The notes under the pieces are model-generated. The model worked only from the letters and a program-made list of their open reading frames with translations. It was not told where the DNA came from and made no database searches. Shown here one piece after another: positions 57,549-64,000 of a DNA stretch of 64,000 bases (positions are counted from its first letter, which is position 1; the number at the start of each line of letters is the position of its first letter). The DNA is from Candidatus Woesebacteria bacterium GW2011_GWB1_39_10 (GTDB lineage Bacteria > Patescibacteriota > Microgenomatia > UBA8517), in contig LBVU01000004.1 in assembly GCA_000993205.1 (NCBI GenBank), forward strand, positions 27,338 through 91,337. The letters run 5' to 3'. The position numbers and the translations under genes are program-made.

Positions 57549-58814
57549 TTATGGCAGGAGATCTTTAATTGAATCAATGACTTTTCCAAACATTCCGGTC
57601 ATCTTAGGTAGTCTTATCTTTTTCCCAAAACTTGTCAAGTTTTCACCCGGAGCTTCTTTTGCGCCATAGTGTAAAAGTCCGACGCATGTTGCAAATGATG
57701 GATTCATTATGTCATCAACCAAACCACCTATACCCCTCGGAACCCCAATGCGAACGGGTAGGGAAAGCATTCTCTTTGCAGAGTCTATCACACCCGCAGT
57801 TTCTGCTCCGCCACCGGTGATAATTGCTCCCGAAGGAATTCGCACGGCAAGACCTTCTCTTTCAAGTTCAATTCTAACCATAGTAAATATTTCGTTCAAC
57901 CTCGGCCTGATTATTCCCTCCAATAAGGTTTTTTTGGAAATCTTTCTAATTTCCGTGACTCCCAGACTTTCTAAATCCATTTCATCATCTTCGGTTTTTT
58001 CTTTTCCCGGTTTTTTGGAAAGCGCCAACTTAATTTTTTCCGCAGTTTCCAATGAAACACGAAGCCCTATCGCTAAATCATTAGTCACATTTTTCGCCCC
58101 GACCGGAATAACTCCGGAATATGTCAGAGCTCCATCAACGTAAACTACAATTGAAGTTGTTCCTCCGCCTACATCAATAAGCACACAGCCCAATTCCTTT
58201 TCAGTTGGGGAGACTGCAGCTTCCGCAGCGGCAAGACCTGAAAAAACAAGGTCCTCAATCCTAATACCCGCTTCTTGTATTGCCTTTTTGGCATTTTTAA
58301 TGGGTCCCACGCCTGCTGAAATAATATGTGTATCTACCTCAAGTCTTACTCCGCTCATCCCTACAGGATCCCGAACACCGGTCTCTCCATCGACAATAAA
58401 CTCTCTGGGTAACACGTGGATGATTTCACGGGAGGCTGGAACAGAAATGGCACTTGCCGCCTCAACTACTCTATCAACGTCATTTTGATTAATTTCACCA
58501 TTGGGATCAGAAACCGCCACAACTCCATGTGAATTTTGCGAATGAATATGGGCTCCCCCAATTGAAGTGTAAGCTGACTCCAAATTGTAACCTGCCATCC
58601 TTTCGGCCGCCTCAACTGATGCAATTGTTGCCTCCGTAGCTTCTTCTATGTCAACTATCTGACCCTTTTTTATTCCCCGCGATTCAGTTGTCGCAGCGCC
58701 CACCACATTAATTGAAGTTTCGGCACTTACCGGATCGATTGCAACTTGGCTAATAAGAGTAGCAATTTTGGTTGAACCCATCTCGATCGCTGCTACTATT
58801 CTTGTTTTTGGCAT
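57549..58814 (-). CDS. ftsA: Cell division protein FtsA
   Basis: 421 aa. Actin/HSP70-fold motifs (AIEMGSTKI, VIDVGGGTTS). Confidence 0.88.
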   Translation of the reverse strand: MPKTRIVAAIEMGSTKIATLISQVAIDPVSAETSINVVGAATTESRGIKKGQIVDIEEATEATIASVEAAERMAGYNLESAYTSIGGAHIHSQNSHGVVAVSDPNGEINQNDVDRVVEAASAISVPASREIIHVLPREFIVDGETGVRDPVGMSGVRLEVDTHIISAGVGPIKNAKKAIQEAGIRIEDLVFSGLAAAEAAVSPTEKELGCVLIDVGGGTTSIVVYVDGALTYSGVIPVGAKNVTNDLAIGLRVSLETAEKIKLALSKKPGKEKTEDDEMDLESLGVTEIRKISKKTLLEGIIRPRLNEIFTMVRIELEREGLAVRIPSGAIITGGGAETAGVIDSAKRMLSLPVRIGVPRGIGGLVDDIMNPSFATCVGLLHYGAKEAPGENLTSFGKKIRLPKMTGMFGKVIDSIKDLLP

Positions 58815-58822
58815 AATTTAGT

Positions 58823-59470
58823 TTATCTTAATACAGCATTTTTAAAACGCAAGTCAATTTCGGAAAATTTTTCTTCCTGATCCGATGTTTCGATTTTTGA
58901 GTATATTAATCTCAAACTTCCAAGTAGAACCTCCGGATCGCCGTACAATGGAAATATTACTCTAAGACCCACTGGCATATCAACAACCAAAGCATCATTT
59001 GCGATCGTTCCATATAGAACTTGATACATTTGATAAACGCCCAGGATCAAATTTAAGGCAATGAGATTGGGTTCCCGTCCTTCTTGAACTATGATTGGTA
59101 ACGAAGTAGTTCCTGCTTCAGTTAAAATATTCCCATCTTTGTCTATCAAAAATATTCTACCGGTTAAAATATCTTTTATAGCAAATAGGGGCTTTTTAAC
59201 TATCAAATTAATCTCGAGGATGTCTGGAAATTTATATTGAGTGGAAAAACTAGAAACCAAAGCGTCGGCTTTAAGGATTTTTGAGGTATTTTTCTTGACA
59301 TAAAACAAAGTTCTGGAATTTAAGGGTTTAAGTTTGAAATTTACTTCATCGGGACATTCTCCGAACTGACTTTTACAATCGATTCTAACTTTGATAAAAA
59401 AGGGGATAAAAAATAGCAAAATGAAACAAAACAATATCAAAAAAAGGGGAAGTTTTTTAATCATATGCAC
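58823..59470 (-). CDS. ftsQ: FtsQ/DivIB-like cell division protein (single TM + POTRA-like domain)
   Basis: 215 aa. N-terminal TM. Position between murG and ftsA fits FtsQ. Confidence 0.5.
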   Translation of the reverse strand: MHMIKKLPLFLILFCFILLFFIPFFIKVRIDCKSQFGECPDEVNFKLKPLNSRTLFYVKKNTSKILKADALVSSFSTQYKFPDILEINLIVKKPLFAIKDILTGRIFLIDKDGNILTEAGTTSLPIIVQEGREPNLIALNLILGVYQMYQVLYGTIANDALVVDMPVGLRVIFPLYGDPEVLLGSLRLIYSKIETSDQEEKFSEIDLRFKNAVLR

Positions 59471-60567
59471 CCTTCAACAAGGTCAACTACTTTTCGCGCA
59501 GCGTTCATGTCCGGATTGATATTTTTCCTTGTTTTGTCAACAATCGACCTCCAATCTGTTAAAATCCTATTTATTTCCTTAATGATTGCTTCAGAGGTGG
59601 CTTCTTTTTCAAAAAAAACGTAAGAAAAGCCGAGACTTTCTGCATATCTGGCGTTTTTTACCTGCTCTCCCAGAAAAGTTCTTGGGAGTGGAATTAATAT
59701 TGCGGGACGTTTGGCATAAAGAATCTCGGATATAGAATTAGCCCCAGATCTACTAATAACCAAGTCTGCCCTAGAATAATAATTTCCGATTTCTAAAGGA
59801 TTGATTGACGGATAAACTTTATAATTAATCCTCAGAATTGGTGACAATTTTTCTTTAAACTTTTCCACTTTTTCAAAATCTCTCTCACCTGTTATATGAA
59901 TTAAAATATTACGAGAGAGTATCGATTTTGCTACATTCATCACCAACTCGTTAATAAAGCTGGAACCACGGGAACCTCCAATAACCAATATTACCGGGGG
60001 TTTCCCCAAAACTGTCTTTGTTTTTATATTTAAAATATTGGTCATCAACGGGTTTCCGGTAACTATCGACTTGTTTTTTGGAAAGTATATTTGACTTTCC
60101 GGTCTGGACAGGGCAATTTTTGTCGCAAAAAAAGCGGAAGAGATAGATGCGCGGCCGGCTACCACTGTCTGCTCGTGTAAAATCACAGGAATTCTAAAAA
60201 TCCATGACCAAAAAATTACAGGGAATGAGGAATAACCGCCGAAAGAAAGAGTTACTTTGGGTTTAATTTTTAACATTAGCCAAAAGGCCTGGATAAAACC
60301 GACTGGAATTTTTAGAAGAGATGGAATTGTGTGTCTGGTAAATTTGGTTTGAATTTTTCCGGCTATAATCGGAATAAAGTTGACGCCAATTCTTGGGAAA
60401 GTCCGTGACTCTATTGTAGAAAATTTGGAACCCTCAATTGCCGTTAACGAGCCAATCCAATAGATTTCCGCTCCTTTCAGCGATTCCCGCCTTCTTATTT
60501 CTTCAACAACAGCGATTCCCGTTGTCGCAGCATGACCACCTGTTAAGAGTATTGTTTTTGAATTCAT
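59461..60567 (-). CDS. murG: UDP-GlcNAc:lipid I GlcNAc transferase MurG
   Basis: 368 aa. TGGHAATTG N-terminal motif, HEQT, GGSRGS C-domain motif. Confidence 0.85.
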   Translation of the reverse strand: MNSKTILLTGGHAATTGIAVVEEIRRRESLKGAEIYWIGSLTAIEGSKFSTIESRTFPRIGVNFIPIIAGKIQTKFTRHTIPSLLKIPVGFIQAFWLMLKIKPKVTLSFGGYSSFPVIFWSWIFRIPVILHEQTVVAGRASISSAFFATKIALSRPESQIYFPKNKSIVTGNPLMTNILNIKTKTVLGKPPVILVIGGSRGSSFINELVMNVAKSILSRNILIHITGERDFEKVEKFKEKLSPILRINYKVYPSINPLEIGNYYSRADLVISRSGANSISEILYAKRPAILIPLPRTFLGEQVKNARYAESLGFSYVFFEKEATSEAIIKEINRILTDWRSIVDKTRKNINPDMNAARKVVDLVEGCI

Positions 60568-60872
60568 ATTACCTAGAAGTATAGCCTATTTGCCAAAACT
60601 CTTCATTTTTTGAAAATATGACCTATAAGCTTGACTTTTTAATGTGGTGGTGGTACCATTAGCCTCAGTAAGTTAGATATACACTGGTTTTATTTACAAC
60701 CTGTAGTTTGATAGCTTGCTTTTTGTTTACTTGCACATTAACTAATTGAGGATCTTCTCTCTACTGAGTGGGTAGCCCCTTGGGTATCAGCTTATCTGGT
60801 GCCTAAAGTGCTACCTATTCTAGGGATGGCAGCTAATGCTGAATCAAAATTCTTTTGCAAAGGAGAAATAAA

Positions 60873-61397
60873 ATGAGAAACGAAAAAAGTTGGGAAGAAA
60901 TTGGCCTCGGTTGCCTTGGCGCTATCGCCCTGGTCGTCATCTTGGTTGTGGTTTCGGCCTTTATCACCACGCTCGTATGGGGATGGGTTGTACCACAGGT
61001 CTTTCCGACCGCAATCGCAAATGGTCTTTTGCCTGCGTCGCTGTCACTTGTCCAAGCATTCAAGCTGAGCATCCTGTTCGGCATTCTTGGATTGACAGGC
61101 GCTTCGGCAAGCTCATCCAGCTCAAAGACCTCATACAGCGGTTGTGGTGAACGCGTTGCAGTTGCAGCGATTGCCTTCCTTATCTGGATTCCACTCGCGG
61201 CGATTGTTATCGCTTTCTCGGCTTGGTTGGTGACGCTCGCCTGGGGTTGGGTCGTGCCTGATGTATTCAGCGGTGCGGTTGCTCAGCAACTTATTCCAGC
61301 CACGCTCGGTTTTTGGCACGCAGTGATGTTGAACATCTTGTTCAGCGTTCTGGGACTCAGCAGTCACCGCGCCTCGTCGTCATCTTCCAAAAAATAA
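60873..61397 (+). CDS. GC-rich (~55% GC) internally duplicated 4-TM membrane protein, likely horizontally acquired
   Basis: Strong SD AGGAG 7 nt upstream. Two ~80-aa repeats, each with ...L(V/A)WGWVVP.VF....A..L.PA.L......L.ILF..LGL....ASSSSSK. Base composition differs sharply from the flanks. Confidence 0.6.
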   Translation: MRNEKSWEEIGLGCLGAIALVVILVVVSAFITTLVWGWVVPQVFPTAIANGLLPASLSLVQAFKLSILFGILGLTGASASSSSSKTSYSGCGERVAVAAIAFLIWIPLAAIVIAFSAWLVTLAWGWVVPDVFSGAVAQQLIPATLGFWHAVMLNILFSVLGLSSHRASSSSSKK

Positions 61398-61425
61398 TTA
61401 AACCATCCGCATTTGAAGTGCAAAC

Positions 61426-61480
61426 AACCTGAAGCAGATTTGACCCTAAAAAGTCATTTCATAAACCTTCAGGTTTTTTC
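61426..61480 (+). terminator. Rho-independent terminator (9-bp stem AACCTGAAG/CTTCAGGTT + T6)
   Basis: Read directly downstream of the GC-rich gene. Confidence 0.5.
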
Positions 61481-61496
61481 TTGTCAAAATCGCTTG

Positions 61497-62238
61497 CAAG
61501 GTGACACCTTGAATGCTATTATAAATTATGCCCAGTCGTAACATTATAAAAGTTTATGTTGAAAACGGTTATTACCATATTTACAACCGTGGCGTTGAGA
61601 AACGAACCATATTCGAAGACGAACAAGACTACAGAACTTTTTTAAAGTATTTGAAAGAAAGCCTCTCTTCACCCTCCAATCTTAAAACAAAAACCAAAAC
61701 TTTCAGCGTTCGGGGTGTCACCTTTGACGCTACACCAAGGCAAGTTAAAAACTTCGACAAAAAAATTGATTTAATGGTTTATTGCCTTATGCCCAACCAT
61801 TTTCATTTACTTATAAAGCAGAAGGGACACAAAGATATCGGTGAATTTATGCAATCTTTGTCCACCAGATACTCCATGTATTTTAACAAGAAATATAAGC
61901 GGATAGGCAAACTCTTCCAAGGATCTTATAAGGCTATACTTATAACAACTGACGATTACCTTTTACACCTTTCTCGTTATGTACATTTAAACCCGACAGA
62001 ATTCACAAAAGATATTGAGAACGCTTATTCTTCATACGCCGAATATGTAGGCAAAAGAAAAACAAGTTGGGTTAAAACCAAAGAAATTTGGTCTTATTTC
62101 AATAAGGCGAGTATTGATTTTAAAAAACGCGGTAACACGTATCGTGACTTCGTTGAAAAATATCAAACAGACATCGAGTCAACCTTGGGCAAATTAACGC
62201 TTGAAGAATAGATGCATTCAAGGTGTCACCTTGAATGC
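61497..62238 (+). mobile_element. REP-associated tyrosine transposase (RAYT/IS200-like) unit: tnpA flanked by REP-type hairpins CAAGGTG-A-CACCTTG (5') and GCATTCAAGGTG-T-CACCTTGAATGC (3')
   Basis: Hairpins read directly at 61497-61516 and 62214-62238, bracketing the transposase ORF. Confidence 0.75.
61528..62211 (+). CDS. tnpA: IS200/IS605-family Y1 transposase (RAYT-type)
   Basis: 227 aa. HUH motif PNHFHLL and catalytic Tyr region LSRYVHLNP. Confidence 0.8.
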   Translation: MPSRNIIKVYVENGYYHIYNRGVEKRTIFEDEQDYRTFLKYLKESLSSPSNLKTKTKTFSVRGVTFDATPRQVKNFDKKIDLMVYCLMPNHFHLLIKQKGHKDIGEFMQSLSTRYSMYFNKKYKRIGKLFQGSYKAILITTDDYLLHLSRYVHLNPTEFTKDIENAYSSYAEYVGKRKTSWVKTKEIWSYFNKASIDFKKRGNTYRDFVEKYQTDIESTLGKLTLEE

Positions 62239-63338
62239 ATTGCATTTTCGTAAGATCCATATTTTGATATATTCAAAAGTATCCCGCACGCAGATAGTAT
62301 CATCACCAAACTTGTTCCTCCATATGACAAAAATGGCAACGGGATGCCGGTTAAAGGGGTTATGGAAACCATCGACGCTATATTCAAAAACGCCTGACCC
62401 GAAATCCAAGCCACGATGCCAATTGCAAGGACTTTTGAAAATTTGTCAGGTGCGCTCCTGGCAATTTTAACTCCTTTGACAAATAAATATATGTATAAGG
62501 AGATAATGGCAACCGATCCTATAAGACCCAGTTCCTCTGCAATAACGGCAAAAATTGAATCAGTTGAGGCTTCTGGTAAAAATAAATATTTTTGTCTTGA
62601 AGCCCCCAGTCCTACCCCAAATATTCCTCCTGACCCTAATGCCAATAGAATTTGTCTTATATGATAACCCTTTCCCAGTGGATCACTTGTTGTTTCAAAA
62701 AATGTAAGAAGTCTGTCTCTTCTGTAGGGGGAAACTAGAATAAGACCAATCGTTCCTAAGGCGCCAGTTATTAGTGCGCCAAGGAAATATAATAGATTCA
62801 CACCGGAAATAAATATCTGCGACAACCCGATTACGGCCACTACCAGTGTGGTTCCCAGATCCGGTTGCAACATTATCAAACCGGTTACTAGAACAAGAGG
62901 AATAAAATATGACGCGGCCCCTTTGTTTTTAGCAGCAATTTTTGCCAAATATATAGCAAGGCTAAGTTTAATTATCTCTGAAGGCTGGAAGTTGAAAGCC
63001 CCGATAGAAATCCATCTTCTAGCACCGAGGGCCGCAAAACTTAAATGAGGTAACAAAACAGCCAAGAGAAAAAGTATCGAAAGGAAAAAAAACGGTGTTG
63101 CGATTTTTTCCCAAAATGAGTAATGAACATTTATAGTAATAAACAGTGTAACGATTCCAACGATTGCCCACACCACCTGTTGACGAAGAAGAAAAAATTT
63201 ATCTCCGTATGCATTTAGCGCCTGAGGGGCCGAGGCATCGGCAACAAATATTAACCCCAATGCGACAAAGAAAAGTATCAACCAGAAAAGTTTTTTATCA
63301 ATATTTTTAACCTGCTTTGAAAGCACCAATTTTTTCAT
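62226..63338 (-). CDS. ftsW: SEDS-family protein FtsW (dcw-cluster copy); stop codon lies inside the 3' REP hairpin
   Basis: Start at internal MKKLVLSK (ATG 63336-63338). TFFETTSDPLGKGYHIRQ SEDS loop. The ~100 codons upstream in the ORF track are a non-coding run-on. Confidence 0.75.
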   Translation of the reverse strand: MKKLVLSKQVKNIDKKLFWLILFFVALGLIFVADASAPQALNAYGDKFFLLRQQVVWAIVGIVTLFITINVHYSFWEKIATPFFFLSILFLLAVLLPHLSFAALGARRWISIGAFNFQPSEIIKLSLAIYLAKIAAKNKGAASYFIPLVLVTGLIMLQPDLGTTLVVAVIGLSQIFISGVNLLYFLGALITGALGTIGLILVSPYRRDRLLTFFETTSDPLGKGYHIRQILLALGSGGIFGVGLGASRQKYLFLPEASTDSIFAVIAEELGLIGSVAIISLYIYLFVKGVKIARSAPDKFSKVLAIGIVAWISGQAFLNIASMVSITPLTGIPLPFLSYGGTSLVMILSACGILLNISKYGSYENAMHSR

Positions 63339-64000
63339 ATTGTGGCCAACCAAAGACCAAATATGGCAAGGAGTATACCTAAAAGCCATGCCCGCATTAC
63401 TATCTTTGGTTCTTCCCAACCGACCGCTAGAAAAGTATGGTGAATTGGAGCAAGCGGGAATATTGGTTTTTTGAGGACTTTCCATCCAACAATTTGGATT
63501 GCGGAAGAAGTCAGTTCGATAACAAAAATTCCGCCCATCACCAGAAGCGCAATAATACTCCCCGAAAGTAACCCAATAACAGCGAGGCTCGCCCCAAAAG
63601 ACAAGGCTCCTGAATCTCCCAGAAAAATTCTCGCAGGCCATATATTAAAATATAAGAATGCAAATAAGGATCCCAACCATAGCGCAACAAAAAGCGAAAG
63701 AGGAGTATCCAAGTGTCCAGCAATTATTACGCCAAACGCCGCCAAGCATATTATCAAAAGACCGGAGGCCAGACCATCCAAACCATCTGTGACGTTGAAC
63801 GCGTTTGAAAAAGCCACAAGCATAAAAGCAGCGAATGGTATATACCAAACACCCAAATCATAAACAACGTGTAAAAGTGGAATATTGACAATATGTATTC
63901 CTAAATCCTGATAAATAAAAAATCCGACAGTAAGTCCCAGAATCCACTGAAGAATAAATTTTTGCCAACGCCTAAGACCAAACCACAAACCCAAAACGCC
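63335..64000 (-). CDS. mraY: Phospho-N-acetylmuramoyl-pentapeptide transferase MraY, C-terminal ~220 aa (5' end beyond window)
   Basis: NAFNVTDGLDGLASG and IHHTF...GW.E.KIV (HHH-type) MraY motifs. Confidence 0.85.
   Translation of the reverse strand, partial: GVLGLWFGLRRWQKFILQWILGLTVGFFIYQDLGIHIVNIPLLHVVYDLGVWYIPFAAFMLVAFSNAFNVTDGLDGLASGLLIICLAAFGVIIAGHLDTPLSLFVALWLGSLFAFLYFNIWPARIFLGDSGALSFGASLAVIGLLSGSIIALLVMGGIFVIELTSSAIQIVGWKVLKKPIFPLAPIHHTFLAVGWEEPKIVMRAWLLGILLAIFGLWLATI

Noticed and set aside
56794-58143. 155-aa and 144-aa plus-strand ORFs
   Set aside because: Antisense to ftsZ and ftsA respectively. These are strongly supported genes and the antisense frames carry no motifs.
62226-63641. 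Extended 471-aa version of ftsW with a Cys/Trp-rich N-terminus
   Set aside because: The first ~100 codons have no TM or SEDS features and overlap mraY. The internal MKKLVLSK start gives a canonical-length SEDS protein.

Overview
Low-GC (~37%), gene-dense window with the hallmarks of a small-genome bacterium, probably Patescibacteria/CPR-like: short or overlapping intergenic regions, a gatCAB operon, a PolX polymerase and archaeal-type PGI/PMI. Most genes lie on the minus strand. All calls are made by eye from the ORF translations. Recognised blocks:
(1) Glycolysis/gluconeogenesis: eno (partial), ppsA, pgi/pmi, IMPase/FBPase, PGM/PMM.
(2) Replication and repair: holA-like, ruvC, dnaE, yraN, polX.
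(3) gatC-gatA-gatB, plus htpX-lemA.
(4) A roughly 10-kb surface-glycan locus after tRNA-Thr.
(5) parB, rpmA/rplU, rodA, ileS.
(6) A lexA-linked restriction-modification-like four-gene module.
(7) A dcw cell-division cluster (mraY, ftsW, murG, ftsQ, ftsA, ftsZ), interrupted between ftsW and murG by a GC-rich foreign gene plus a REP-associated tyrosine transposase.
Seven tRNA or tRNA-like genes are present, two of them atypical.
Recurrent oddities:
- families of 7-nt tandem repeats, several embedded in frame in essential genes;
- near-identical TTCGAA-core palindromes flanking two TrpR/YerC-like regulator genes;
- a nuclease-methyltransferase fusion with a separate specificity subunit (Type IIB/BcgI-like) and no HsdR helicase.
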